44,285 nt of DNA from Prosthecobacter sp. (GCA_044361885.1 JBIKIA010000001.1:1-44285), one strand, 5' to 3'. Positions 26,900 through 36,930 are shown, counted from the first letter of the stretch. Program-made: numbers and translations. Notes: generated by a model from the sequence alone, not told the origin.

Positions 26900-28648
26900 C
26901 TAAAGCCTCGGCTTCTCCGGTTTAATCGGTGCATCGGCGGAGCGCACGCCTTTGACGGTCGTTTTGCGTTTGTAGATCTTGTCACTGCTGCATGCGTAGA
27001 GTTCATCAAAGTTGGCACCGCCGAAGACGGCGTTGGCCAGCCACTTGCGCTGGGGTTTGGCGATGATGCCGTTCACACGGCCGGCCTGATCGCAGAACTG
27101 GATGCCGAGATGGGTGGTGACGTAGAGGCGGCCTTTGCTGTCCACGGTCATTCCATCGGCACCGCTTTCCATGACGCCATCGGGCAGGCGCAGGTGATGG
27201 TAGGGCTGCTTGGCGCTGAGTGAGCCGTCGGCTTCGATGTGGTAGCTCCAGACGAACTGCCCGCGCATGTCGGCCACGAGCAGGAGACTCTGGTCCGGCG
27301 TCAAACGCACGCCGTTCGGGAAGGCGATACCGCTTTTGTCATTCGTATCGACCACGCGTTTCTCCCCTTTTGGCGTGATGAGCCAGACTTGTTTGTGAGG
27401 TGGATCGGTGACGTAAATGTTGCCGTTTTGCGCCACGCAGAGGTCGTTGGATTCGATGCCGTCGGCGATCACGGTGGCCTTGCCCGCTTCGTCGTAGGCC
27501 ACGATCTGCTTTTTGCCATTCGCACAGGCAAAGAGGCGGCCATCGGGGCCGAACATGAGTCCATTGGCTTTGCCGGTGTCTTCGGCGAAGACGCTGACTT
27601 TGCCATCGAGTCCGATCTTGTGGATGCGGCTGTTCGGGATATCGGTGAAGAAGACTTCGCCCTTGGCATTCACGGCGGGGCCTTCGGTGAAGCCGTGACC
27701 TTCGCTCACGAGCTGCCATTCGCTGTCGGCACCGAGCACTTCCATCACGGGAGCTTTTGATCCCACACCTTTCGACACAGGTTTCGGCCAGTCTTTCCAG
27801 ATCCAGCGCATCGCATCAGGGAAAATCGCCGTGGCGTGTTTGCCATTGTGGCCGCCATCGCCCCAGACGTGGTTCACTTCGTAACCGGCGAACTCAAAGG
27901 CCGAGAGCATCTCTTGGTTCGCGAGGAACCAGTTCCCTCCGGTGCCGTTGGCGTCGTTGCTGCCGTCTTGGAGGAAGACGCGCAGCGCCTTGGGCTCAAA
28001 CTTGCGGATCATCACCGGGTAATCATTGCCGCCGCGCTGATCGACATAGGTGCCGATGGTGCTGAACACGCGGCTGAAGACTTCAGGCCGCTCCCAGGCT
28101 GCCGTGAAGGCGGCGATGGCTCCGCTGCTGCTGCCGGCGATGCAGCGGTCGTTGCCGTTTTGAGAGAGGCGAATCGCCCGGCCATCACTGGTCTTTTGTT
28201 TCTCCACCTCGGGCAGCAGTTCTTCGAGAAGAAAGCGTGCATAGGCATCGCCGAGGCCGTCATACTCCACGCTGCGGTTGAAGCGATCCAGCGCCGTGCT
28301 GCCATCGCGGGCAGGCACCCGACCATGCATGACAAAGACACCGATGGTCACCGGCATCTCCTTTTTCGCGATGAGATTATCAAACACCACCGGCGCCTGA
28401 TTTTGAATGCCGTCCTGGTTCACATGCACGCAGGCCGGTTTGTCCGGCGAATACTGCGCGGGCACATAGATCCAGTAATCACGCACCGTTCCGGGGAAGA
28501 TCTTGCTGCTCTTGAACTCAAACTTCAGCACCTCGCCCTTCGGCACGCCGGGCTGCGGTTTGGAGTCGGGGCCGGGCACGTAGTCGTCAGCGGCGAAAGC
28601 GGTGCTGAATAGGAAAGGTGCTAGAAGAAGAGCGCGGAAGTAGGACAT
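26900..28648 (-). CDS. Enterochelin-esterase-like + SMP-30/gluconolactonase fusion, exported
   Basis: Signal peptide; RDYWIYVPAQY, GSSSGAIAAF nucleophile elbow; FTEGPA, FPNGVRLTPD, ADGMTVD. Confidence 0.92.
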   Translation of the reverse strand: MSYFRALLLAPFLFSTAFAADDYVPGPDSKPQPGVPKGEVLKFEFKSSKIFPGTVRDYWIYVPAQYSPDKPACVHVNQDGIQNQAPVVFDNLIAKKEMPVTIGVFVMHGRVPARDGSTALDRFNRSVEYDGLGDAYARFLLEELLPEVEKQKTSDGRAIRLSQNGNDRCIAGSSSGAIAAFTAAWERPEVFSRVFSTIGTYVDQRGGNDYPVMIRKFEPKALRVFLQDGSNDANGTGGNWFLANQEMLSAFEFAGYEVNHVWGDGGHNGKHATAIFPDAMRWIWKDWPKPVSKGVGSKAPVMEVLGADSEWQLVSEGHGFTEGPAVNAKGEVFFTDIPNSRIHKIGLDGKVSVFAEDTGKANGLMFGPDGRLFACANGKKQIVAYDEAGKATVIADGIESNDLCVAQNGNIYVTDPPHKQVWLITPKGEKRVVDTNDKSGIAFPNGVRLTPDQSLLLVADMRGQFVWSYHIEADGSLSAKQPYHHLRLPDGVMESGADGMTVDSKGRLYVTTHLGIQFCDQAGRVNGIIAKPQRKWLANAVFGGANFDELYACSSDKIYKRKTTVKGVRSADAPIKPEKPRL

Positions 28649-28662
28649 GGAAGGGACGAAGA

Positions 28663-28689
28663 AACGCTAGATTCCGCCGGGCCTTGCGC
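28663..28689 (-). promoter_or_regulatory. ECF-sigma-like promoter
   Basis: GCGCAA-N17-CGTT, 14 nt before ATG. Confidence 0.4.
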
Positions 28690-28699
28690 TTCAGCCACC

Positions 28700-28996
28700 T
28701 CAGGGATTCATCCAGGCATCAAAGGCCGCATCCACGCGCTGGAGCATCTCCGCCGTGCTGCGCTTCGCGTCGGTGAACTGATTCCACTTCGTCGTATCCT
28801 GGCTCTTTCCTGGGCCTTCGATCTCCGCGATGAACTCCTCCACGAGAGACAACTGTTGAGAATGCTGCTCACGCAGATGCGCTTTGCAGGTGGTGCCGGT
28901 TTGATTCAGACGATTCTTGGTGCCGATGCTCATGGCCTGATCATGGAGTAGAAATGGGAGATGCCCATTTAATAGAGCATCAAATTGTCGGAGCAT
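28700..28996 (-). CDS. Hypothetical protein
   Basis: 98-aa ORF starting 1 nt after the upstream stop; fills the gap between genes. Confidence 0.6.
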   Translation of the reverse strand: MLRQFDALLNGHLPFLLHDQAMSIGTKNRLNQTGTTCKAHLREQHSQQLSLVEEFIAEIEGPGKSQDTTKWNQFTDAKRSTAEMLQRVDAAFDAWMNP

Positions 28997-28997
28997 T

Positions 28998-29837
28998 TTA
29001 CTTGGTCATCCACCCCATCGCGTCCAGCCACTCGGCGCAGCGCTGGGGCCAGGCGTTGATGGGTTGTTTGTTGTCTCTCATGCCGAAGCCGTGACCACCT
29101 TTGGTAAAGAGGTGAAGTTCGGCGGGGATGCTGTGCTTTTTGTATTCGAGGTAGAGCAGGGTGGAGGCAACGGGGTTCTGGCCGTCGTCGTGGGCGCAGG
29201 CGATGAACATGGGCGGGGCATCGGCTGGGACGGTGAAGCCTTCTTTGAGCTTGGTGGGCTCCTTGCTGTCGAGGAAACCGCAGCCGTAGATCATGACGCC
29301 GAAGTTTGGCAATGCGGAGGCGGCGGGGCGATCACAGGCGATGTGGGCGAGGAGATTGCCCCCGGCACTGAAGCCGAGCAGGCCGACTCGATTGGGATCG
29401 AGCTGCCATTCTTTCGCACGCTCGCGGACGAGGGCGATGGCTTTGGCGGCATCGGCGACGGGCTTATCATGAGGCGCGGATTCGTCACGAGTTGGGGTGC
29501 GGTATTTCAGCAGGATGCCGGTGACGCCGATGCTGCTGAGCCACTCGCAGACCTGGGTACCCTCATGGATAGCGGAGAGGAAAATATAGGCTCCGCCTGG
29601 GGCGACGATGACGCTGGTACCGTTCGGCTTCTCGGGGCGGAAGACGGTGATCGTGGGGTCGCTGATGTCCGTTATGGTGCTCTTGCCAGCCTTCGTGCGG
29701 ATGAAGTCCTCGGTGAATTTGGAATGCGGCAGCATCTTTCCCGGCGCGCCTTCGGGCCAGAGCTTGAGTTCGAGTGGGTCGGCGGCAGCGGCGAGAGTGC
29801 TGACAAAGGCGAGGCTGGTGAGAATGAGGCGTTTCAT
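28998..29837 (-). CDS. Alpha/beta hydrolase (esterase), exported
   Basis: PGGAY, LKYR, GFSAGG, AHDD, ELH.F..GGHGFG; signal peptide. Confidence 0.92.
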   Translation of the reverse strand: MKRLILTSLAFVSTLAAAADPLELKLWPEGAPGKMLPHSKFTEDFIRTKAGKSTITDISDPTITVFRPEKPNGTSVIVAPGGAYIFLSAIHEGTQVCEWLSSIGVTGILLKYRTPTRDESAPHDKPVADAAKAIALVRERAKEWQLDPNRVGLLGFSAGGNLLAHIACDRPAASALPNFGVMIYGCGFLDSKEPTKLKEGFTVPADAPPMFIACAHDDGQNPVASTLLYLEYKKHSIPAELHLFTKGGHGFGMRDNKQPINAWPQRCAEWLDAMGWMTK

Positions 29838-29843
29838 GAGGAC

Positions 29844-31391
29844 TTACTGCCAGAGATTCCGGTCGAGGGTGCGGTAATTCACCGCTTCGGCGATGCTGTC
29901 GGCATTGATCTTCTCCAAGCCGCGCAGATCAGCGAGGGTGCGAGCGACTTTCAGAATGCGATCATGGGCACGGGCGCTGAAGCTCATTTCGCCCATGGAG
30001 TGCTCCAGCATGGCACTGCCCTCGCTGTCGAGCTCGCAGTGCTTTTTGATCAGGCGCGGGCTCATGGCGCTGTTGGTGTGCACACCTTTGCTGCCTTTGA
30101 AGCGCTCCACCTGGATGGCGCGGGCCTGCTCGACACGCTGGCGGATGGTGGCGGAGGACTCCCCTGGTGCGGTGCTTTTCAGCGCCTGGAAGTCCACGAG
30201 TGGGACCTCGACGTGGAGATCGATTCGATCCAAAAGCGGGCCGCTGATGCGTTGACGGTATTTTTGCACCATGACCTGGCTGCATCGGCACGCGCGTTTG
30301 AGGTCGCCGTAAAAGCCGCACTGGCAGGGATTCATCGCGGCCACGAGCATGAAAAGCGCGGGGAAGGTGACAGTGCCTGCTGCGCGTGAGATGGTGACGC
30401 GGCCATCCTCCAGCGGCTGGCGCAGGACCTCCAGCGTGCTGCGACGGAACTCGGGAAGTTCATCGAGAAAGAGCACGCCATTGTGAGCGAGCGAGACTTC
30501 GCCAGGACCGGGGTTTGTGCCGCCGCCGAGCAGACCAGCGTCGCTGATCGTGTGATGCGGTGAGCGGAACGGGCGTGTGGCCACAAAGGCCTGCTGCGCG
30601 GTGAGCAAACCACCGACGCTGTGGATCTTCGTGGTCTCGATGGCCTCCTCCTCGGTCATGGAAGGCATGATGGTGACGACACGCTTGGCGATCATGCTTT
30701 TCCCTGTGCCGGGCGGCCCGACCATCAGGATGTTATGCCCGCCTGCCACCGCGACCTCGATGGCGCGCTTCGCATCGCCCTGACCCTTCACATCGGCGAA
30801 GTCGATGTCGTAATGCTCCGCTGCTGCGAAGAACTCGGTGGCGCGGCAGGGCTCGGGAGGGAGATCGATGTCATCCTTCAGATAATCCACGACCTCGCGC
30901 AGATGGCGGACGCCGATGATGTCGATGCCTGAGACGACGCTGGCTTCGATAGCTTGGGACTTCGGCACGAGCAGGCGCTTCCGGCCCTGAGCCCGTGCCT
31001 GAAGCGCGACGGCGAGCAATCCGCGCACGGGGCGGAGTTCGCCATTGAGAGCGAGTTCCCCGATCATGGAAGTCTCCGCGAGCACCGGGATGGGGATCTT
31101 TGACCGATGCGCAATCAGCGAGATGGCGATGGGCAGATCAAACCCTGGGCCTTCCTTTTTCAAATCCGCCGGAGCGAGGTTCACCGTGGTGAAGCCTCCA
31201 TTCATCGCGAAGCCGCAGCTCGAAATGGCGGCGCTGACACGCTCACGACTCTCCTTCACCGAGGCATCCGGCAGTCCGACGATGGCGATCTTCGGATTCC
31301 CGCCGCCATCATGGGACTCGATCTCGACCTCGATGGCATTCACGCCAAGAAGGGTGGCTGAGTAGGTGCGCGCGACGTTGTTTTGAGACAT
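29844..31391 (-). CDS. comM: YifB/ComM Mg-chelatase-like AAA+ ATPase
   Basis: [75 protein letters not shown]. Confidence 0.96.
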   Translation of the reverse strand: MSQNNVARTYSATLLGVNAIEVEIESHDGGGNPKIAIVGLPDASVKESRERVSAAISSCGFAMNGGFTTVNLAPADLKKEGPGFDLPIAISLIAHRSKIPIPVLAETSMIGELALNGELRPVRGLLAVALQARAQGRKRLLVPKSQAIEASVVSGIDIIGVRHLREVVDYLKDDIDLPPEPCRATEFFAAAEHYDIDFADVKGQGDAKRAIEVAVAGGHNILMVGPPGTGKSMIAKRVVTIMPSMTEEEAIETTKIHSVGGLLTAQQAFVATRPFRSPHHTISDAGLLGGGTNPGPGEVSLAHNGVLFLDELPEFRRSTLEVLRQPLEDGRVTISRAAGTVTFPALFMLVAAMNPCQCGFYGDLKRACRCSQVMVQKYRQRISGPLLDRIDLHVEVPLVDFQALKSTAPGESSATIRQRVEQARAIQVERFKGSKGVHTNSAMSPRLIKKHCELDSEGSAMLEHSMGEMSFSARAHDRILKVARTLADLRGLEKINADSIAEAVNYRTLDRNLWQ

Positions 31392-31464
31392 GCCTTTTTC
31401 GGGTCAGATTTGGCCCATCACATCACCTTTGCCGGGAAATGGAATGGAAAAGTGAGCGCGCAGC

Positions 31465-32002
31465 TCATCGCCAGAACCAAGCCAGACACCCACGCTTGGG
31501 AGCCAGAGCATTCTCCGCGAGCTGCCGAGCATCCTCTGAAACTTGCGCCAGCATCTGGATGTCGAGCCGGTCCTTGTCCCTCTAGGTCTGCTTGCTGCGG
31601 ATAAGATCTGGAAGGCTAAGGAATGGAATGCGAACGCCTTCAATCTCCTCCCAGATGATATTGGGTGCGGCTTCCGCATAGGTCACCACCCAAGCAAGCG
31701 TGCTGATGTCCACCGTGATTTCGTCGGCCACTTTCACCACCTTGTTTTCGTGGAGGTCGCGCAAGGTCAACTCACGCGCGGCTCCATCTTCAAGCTGGGA
31801 AAGGGTAGCCAGCACTTTTGCGAAATTCGCATTATCGTGTTCTATCAGCAGGTCCACATCCTGTGGTGGCTCGGAGATTCCCGTGCAGGATGCAGGCATA
31901 GCCACCGCAGATGACATAACGAGCACCAGCCTCATTAAGCAGGCGACAGACCTTGAGGAAGCGCCAGTCTTGATCCTCTGAAGCGGGTCTGGCATCACTC
32001 AC
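31465..32002 (-). pseudogene. Minimal nucleotidyltransferase-fold protein with a +1 frameshift and an internal TAG
   Basis: YVICGGYACILHGNLRAT|QDVDLLI needs one base removed near 31864; SKQT*RDKDRLD has TAG at 31582-31584; GTGA overlap with the upstream gene. Confidence 0.8.
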
Positions 32003-32196
32003 CGCAGCCTGGGATTGGTTTGGACTTTGCGCCACTCTTCGTAGTCTCCCCAGGTGCGGAACTTCCATAAGCCACGCGGCACTGGCGGATGCGGACTGAG
32101 CATGTCAATCCGCCTCCTGATGGAGTAAGCGACGCGCAGACGCTCGGCAGCAGACGCCGGAATCTCGGGTCGCCCCACGCTCTTGAGTGCGTTCAT
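31999..32196 (-). CDS. Small basic hypothetical protein, partner of the nucleotidyltransferase
   Basis: 65 aa, VPRGLWKFRTWGDYEEWR; TTGCCT-N16-TAGCTT promoter 6 nt before ATG. Confidence 0.7.
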   Translation of the reverse strand: MNALKSVGRPEIPASAAERLRVAYSIRRRIDMLSPHPPVPRGLWKFRTWGDYEEWRKVQTNPRLR

Positions 32197-32234
32197 GCTC
32201 TGAAGCTAAGGCACGAATCCAAGGAGGCAAGGGC

Positions 32235-33995
32235 CTACACCAGCCCGCGTCTCACCAGCGACTCCTCCATCGCTCGCTCGACAAGGCGGACGGCGAGTTC
32301 CTGGGTAGCGTCGTCGAGGGCTGCGTTGGCGGACTTGAGGGATTTGGCGTCGTGCTCGGCGGCGTGGAGCAAGGCGCGGACTTGAGCAGCGGTGGATTCG
32401 ATCACGGCGCGTTCTTCAGTACTGACGGCATCGCCAAACTGAGTGAGTGCAGCATCGACGGCGGGGAGGAGTTCCTCGGCCTTGAGTTTGGCCTCGGTCC
32501 AGACACGCTCATTCATGTCTTCAAAGGCATGCTCCACGCTCTCGGAGATCATCTGCTCCACGCGCTCATCATCGACATCAATGGCGGTGTTTTGGATCTC
32601 CAAAACGGTGTCCGTGTTCCTCGCGGTATCGCGGGCCAGCACTTGGAGAATGCCATTCGCATCAATCGCAAACTGCACACCGACTCGGGCGCTGCCTTTC
32701 GGGCCGGGCGGGAAGGGGACGATGACGCGGCCCAGCTCCCAATTGTCCTTCGCAAGCTCGCGCTCGCCCTGGAGCACTCGGATAAGCATGTCCTGCTGAT
32801 TGGCGACGGCGTTGGTAAACATCTCGCCCGCCTTGCACGGAATGGTCGTGTTGCGCGGGATGATCGTGTTCATCAATCCGCCGAAGGTCTCGATACCGAG
32901 GGAGAGTGGCGTCACATCCAGCAGCAGCACGTTTTTCAAAGAACCGCTGAGGATGCCTGCCTGGATGACGGCACCGAGAGCCACGGCTTCATCGGGATTC
33001 TGCGAGATGTCGGGCTCGCGCCCGAAGATATCGGCAACATAGCGCCGCACGAGCGGGATGCGCGTGCTGCCGCCGACGAGGATCACGGCATCGAGTTCCT
33101 CCGGCTTCACGCCGGCATCGCTCAAAGCGCGGAGGCAGTGCGCACGCGTGCGCTCCACGAGCGGGCGGATGAGCTTCTCGAACTCCGCACGGGTCAGTTC
33201 CACGCTGAGACTGTTCGTGCCATCGTAGAATGGTAGCTCGATGCGCGTGCTCTCTTCGTTGGAGAGGCGCTTCTTGGCAGCTTCAGCCGCTGGCGTAGCT
33301 TGGCTCTCCAGAGCCGAGTTCCCCGAGGCCCCTTCCGCAAGCCAAGCAACGATGGCCCGATCAATGTCGTCGCCACCGAGCTGCGTATCTCCGGCGGTGC
33401 TCAGCACCTGGAACACGCCCTCGCGCATCTCCAGCACGCTGATGTCAAAGGTGCCGCCGCCGAGGTCATAGACGGCGATCTTCTGGCGCTCACCGAGTTT
33501 ATCGAGACCATAAGCCAGCGCCGCCGCCGTCGGCTCGCTGACGATGCGCTCGACGGTGAGCCCGGCGAGTTCACCAGCCTGCTTCGTGGCATTGCGCTGC
33601 GCGTCATTGAAGTAGGCAGGCACCGTGATGACCGCCCGGCTCACGCTTTGCTCCAAGGCCCGCTCGGCGATGGCTTTCAGCCGCTTCAGGATCTCTGCAG
33701 AGACCTCGATGGGCGAGACGCCGAGTTCACGCAGGTTGTAGGGGGGCTGCCAGTCACCTTCACCTCCACGACGACCGATCAGGCGCTTCACGCTGGTCAC
33801 GGTGCGCTTCGGCTCCAGGGCACGTTTTCTCAGAGCTGCCGAGCCGACGATGATGCTGCCATCCGCAGCGAAATTCACAGCAGAGGGCGTGAGGCGCTGG
33901 CCCTGCTCATCGGCGAGCAGGATGGGAAAGCCGCTGTCCACCACACCCACGAGGGAATTGGTGGTGCCGAGGTCAATGCCGAGGATGGGAGACAT
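32235..33995 (-). CDS. Hsp70-family chaperone (DnaK/HscA-like, short, no C-terminal tail)
   Basis: GIDLGTTNS, TVPAYFND, EPTAAALAYG, DLGGGTFD, VGGSTRIP, LLDVTPLSLGIET; start MSPILG at 33995. Confidence 0.95.
   Translation of the reverse strand: MSPILGIDLGTTNSLVGVVDSGFPILLADEQGQRLTPSAVNFAADGSIIVGSAALRKRALEPKRTVTSVKRLIGRRGGEGDWQPPYNLRELGVSPIEVSAEILKRLKAIAERALEQSVSRAVITVPAYFNDAQRNATKQAGELAGLTVERIVSEPTAAALAYGLDKLGERQKIAVYDLGGGTFDISVLEMREGVFQVLSTAGDTQLGGDDIDRAIVAWLAEGASGNSALESQATPAAEAAKKRLSNEESTRIELPFYDGTNSLSVELTRAEFEKLIRPLVERTRAHCLRALSDAGVKPEELDAVILVGGSTRIPLVRRYVADIFGREPDISQNPDEAVALGAVIQAGILSGSLKNVLLLDVTPLSLGIETFGGLMNTIIPRNTTIPCKAGEMFTNAVANQQDMLIRVLQGERELAKDNWELGRVIVPFPPGPKGSARVGVQFAIDANGILQVLARDTARNTDTVLEIQNTAIDVDDERVEQMISESVEHAFEDMNERVWTEAKLKAEELLPAVDAALTQFGDAVSTEERAVIESTAAQVRALLHAAEHDAKSLKSANAALDDATQELAVRLVERAMEESLVRRGLV
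33294..33351. repeat. GTAG-type REP doublet embedded in-frame in the Hsp70 gene
   Basis: GTAG+CTTGGCTC-TCCA-GAGCCGAG hairpin; outer inverted repeat CGTAGCTTGGCT/AGCCAAGCAACG (11/12). Confidence 0.65.
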
Positions 33996-33999
33996 GAAA

Positions 34000-34098
34000 A
34001 ATGACGAATGACGGAATGAACGAATGACGAAACGGGAAGGATGATCAGTGCTCCGGGTTTGTTCCCGCGCACGCGGGATCATTCGGAATTCGTCATTC
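34000..34098. repeat. Short tandem AATGACG-like heptamer repeats with an inverted set
   Basis: AATGACG-AATGACGG-AATGAACG-AATGACG at 34000-34029; inverted CATTCGGAATTCGTCATT at ~34080-34097. Confidence 0.7.
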
Positions 34099-34131
34099 TC
34101 TTCCCGTGACAGGAAGTTTGAGGCTGGAGGA

Positions 34132-34160
34132 TTGCCAAAGCACCGCACCTCTCCGAGAAT
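34132..34160 (+). promoter_or_regulatory. Leaderless-type sigma70 promoter of trpD
   Basis: TTGCCA-N17-GAGAAT, ATG 7 nt later, no SD. Confidence 0.6.
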
Positions 34161-34167
34161 CCGCGCC

Positions 34168-35205
34168 ATGCAGAACCTGATCAAATCTCTCCAAGACGGC
34201 CAGCCTCTCAACGAGCGCGAGGTCCGTGAGGCCGCCGCCTTTTTAGTCGATGAGCAGGAGTCCGATGAAACGAAAGCCAGTCTGCTGCGAGCGCTGGCAC
34301 GGAAAGGCGAGTCGCCTGCAGAGATCGCGGCCTTTGTGCAGGAGTTCCTGAAGCTGGCCGTCGATCCAGGTCTCGACCGCGCGAAGCTGCCCGGCCCGAT
34401 GCTCGATGTCGTGGGCACAGGGGGGGATCGACTGCATCTCTTCAATGTCTCAACGACGGCGATGTTCATTCTCGCGGCGGGTGACGTCTGCGTGACGAAG
34501 CATGGCAATCGCGGTGTGACGAGCAAAGCTGGTGGAGCTGATGTTTTGGAAGCACTCGGAGTCCGCATCGATCTACCCGTCGAGCGTGTGGCGCGTGGCA
34601 TCGAGAGCATCGGGCTCGGCTTCTTTTTCGCACCGCTGTATCACCCTGCGTTCAAGGCAGTGGTCGGCGCACGGAAGATCCTCGGCGCGGAAGGGCAGCG
34701 CAGCATTTTCAATCTGCTCGGCCCACTGCTGAATCCCGCACAGCCCGACTTCCAACTCATCGGCGTTTTTGAGCCAAGCCTCACACGCACTTTTGGAGAG
34801 ATCCTGATCACGCTCGGACGCAAAGGTGCCTGGGTCGTGCATGGCACCGTGAAAAAAGGCGGCGGCATGGATGAACTCTCCACGCTGGGCCAGAACCAGA
34901 TCTGCAAAGTTCAAGAAGGTCAGCTCAGTTGTGATTTGCTCGATCCCCAGTCGCTCGGTTTTACTCCGGCGAAGCTCGAGGATCTCGTCGGCGGTGATGC
35001 GAATGAAAACGCAGCTATCATCGAGTCCATCCTCGCCGGTCGTGACAAAGGGCCGAAGCGCGACATCGCCGTGCTGAATGCGGCGGCGGGATTTGTGATC
35101 ACGGGTAAGGCGCCTGACTTGGCCAATGGGAAAACACTTGCGGAAGGTCTGATAGACCGTGGTGCGGCCCATGCTAAGATGGTGGCTCTGCGTGACTGGT
35201 GCTGA
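34168..35205 (+). CDS. trpD: Anthranilate phosphoribosyltransferase
   Basis: DVVGTGGD, FNVSTT, KHGNRGVTSKAGGADVLEALG, FAPLYHPA, FNLLGPLLNP, GMDELS. Confidence 0.97.
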   Translation: MQNLIKSLQDGQPLNEREVREAAAFLVDEQESDETKASLLRALARKGESPAEIAAFVQEFLKLAVDPGLDRAKLPGPMLDVVGTGGDRLHLFNVSTTAMFILAAGDVCVTKHGNRGVTSKAGGADVLEALGVRIDLPVERVARGIESIGLGFFFAPLYHPAFKAVVGARKILGAEGQRSIFNLLGPLLNPAQPDFQLIGVFEPSLTRTFGEILITLGRKGAWVVHGTVKKGGGMDELSTLGQNQICKVQEGQLSCDLLDPQSLGFTPAKLEDLVGGDANENAAIIESILAGRDKGPKRDIAVLNAAAGFVITGKAPDLANGKTLAEGLIDRGAAHAKMVALRDWC

Positions 35206-35237
35206 TCGCAAAAATGGCACACGAATCGTTGGCATGG

Positions 35238-35253
35238 CTGGCATGGCTTGTGC
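35238..35253 (+). promoter_or_regulatory. Possible sigma54 -24/-12 promoter
   Basis: CTGGCATGGCTTGTGC = GG-N10-GC, within tandem TGGCATGGCT repeats. Confidence 0.35.
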
Positions 35254-35265
35254 CATGAGAGAGGT

Positions 35266-36930
35266 GTGATTTTCACCCCTGTCCTCGCCGAAGCCTCGTC
35301 CGTCGCCCATGATCTGCTGCTCATCAGTTCCGTCGTGTTGGCGGGCATCGGGCTCGGGCATGTGGCGATCGCGGGCACGCGGCTGGGTATCGCGGGTGTC
35401 CTCTTTACCGGACTGCTGGCGGCGCATCTCGGCTGGGTGCCGCAGGTGGAGGTGGCGCACTTTTTAAAGGACTTCGGGCTCGTGCTCTTCGTCTTCGCGC
35501 TCGGGATGCAGATGGGGCCGGGCTTCTTTGCCTCGCTGCGGAATGACGGGCTGCGTTTGAATCTGTATGCGGCGGCGCTCGTGCTCGGCGGGGCGGTTGT
35601 AGCCTTAAGCGGCGGCTGGCTCATGAAGATGCCCTCTGCAGCCATCGCAGGTTTGTTTGCCGGTGCCACGACGAACACTCCCGCTCTCGGTGCCGCCCAG
35701 CAGGCGCTGCAAAGTGCGGGCGCCGAGGCCGCCACGACCACACTTCCGGCGCTGGCCTATGCGGCGACATATCCGCTGGCGGTGGTGGGCATCATCCTCG
35801 CGCTGGTGCTCATGCGGGTGATTTTCAAAGTGAGCGTCACCGATGAAGCGGAGGCTTTCCGAATGAAGCAGAGCGCCGGGGTGGAGCCGCTGGAGCGCAT
35901 GAATCTCCGTGTCGAGAATCCGAACCTCGATGGCGTGGTGCTCGTGTCCGTGCCCGGCATTCACGAGACAGGCGTCATCGTCTCCCGCATCCGACATGCC
36001 GGAGAAAGCGATGTGCAGGCAGCCACACCCTCCACGGTCCTACATGTCGGCGATGTCTTGCTAGTCGTAGGTACGCACGCGCATCTGGAGCAATTCCGGC
36101 TCGTCATTGGTAGCGCGACGGAGGAGAACCTAATGAAAGCGCCGGGCAATGTCGGCTATCGCCGTGTGGTGCTGACGAACCGCGCCATGCTGGGCAAGAC
36201 CGTCGGCGAACTCGGGCTCGACCACCTGCACAATGTCATCGTCACCCGCGTGAGCCGTGGTGACCAGATCTTCTCGGCACTGCCAAACGTGCGCCTCCAG
36301 TTCGGTGACATGCTCCAGCTCGTGGGTGATGAAGACGCTCTAAAGACCGCCACCGCCGTGCTCGGCAATGCCGTGCAGCAGCTTCAAGAGACCAAGTTCG
36401 CCGCCATCTTCGCAGGCATCCTCATCGGCGTCGTGGTGGGCATGCAGCCGATCCATTTCAGTTGGCTGCCAGCACCCGTGCGGCTCGGACTCGCGGGAGG
36501 CCCGCTCATCGTGGCCATCCTCATGAGTCATCTCGGGCGGCTCGGACCTCTGGTGATGCACATGCCGATGAATGCGAATCGGGCGCTGCGTGAGCTGGGT
36601 ATGATCCTCTTCCTGGCGAACGTCGGCCTGCTCTCCGGTGAAAAATTCGCCAGCACCGTCTTCACCACACAGGGGCTGCAATGGGTGGCGCTGGGACTCG
36701 CGGTGACGCTGATTCCACTGCTCGCCGTCGGCATCGTCGCACGTCGCTGGCATGGCATGAACTACATGACCCTCTGCGGTCTGCTCTCCGGCGGCATGAC
36801 AGATCCCCCAGCGCTCGCCTTTGCCACAGCTCAAGCCCGCAGCGACTCGCCAGCCGTGGCCTACGCTTCCGTGTATCCACTGACGATGCTGCTACGCATC
36901 ATCGTGGCGCAGGTGCTGGTGCTGCTGTGA
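35266..36930 (+). CDS. AspT/YidE-family putative antiporter with two TrkA-C domains
   Basis: LGIAGVLFTGL, FGLVLFVFALG..GPGFF, GATTNTPALGAA, LGLAGGPL, GGMTDPPALAFA, YASVYP; start uncertain (GTG 35266). Confidence 0.92.
   Translation: MIFTPVLAEASSVAHDLLLISSVVLAGIGLGHVAIAGTRLGIAGVLFTGLLAAHLGWVPQVEVAHFLKDFGLVLFVFALGMQMGPGFFASLRNDGLRLNLYAAALVLGGAVVALSGGWLMKMPSAAIAGLFAGATTNTPALGAAQQALQSAGAEAATTTLPALAYAATYPLAVVGIILALVLMRVIFKVSVTDEAEAFRMKQSAGVEPLERMNLRVENPNLDGVVLVSVPGIHETGVIVSRIRHAGESDVQAATPSTVLHVGDVLLVVGTHAHLEQFRLVIGSATEENLMKAPGNVGYRRVVLTNRAMLGKTVGELGLDHLHNVIVTRVSRGDQIFSALPNVRLQFGDMLQLVGDEDALKTATAVLGNAVQQLQETKFAAIFAGILIGVVVGMQPIHFSWLPAPVRLGLAGGPLIVAILMSHLGRLGPLVMHMPMNANRALRELGMILFLANVGLLSGEKFASTVFTTQGLQWVALGLAVTLIPLLAVGIVARRWHGMNYMTLCGLLSGGMTDPPALAFATAQARSDSPAVAYASVYPLTMLLRIIVAQVLVLL

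Noticed and set aside
29844-31391. comM disrupted by a mobile element
   Set aside because: The ORF is intact and full length (515 aa)
33996-34610. 205-aa N-terminal extension of the Hsp70 in the ORF track
   Set aside because: It overlaps trpD antisense and reads through the heptamer repeats; the family start is MSPILGIDLGTTNS
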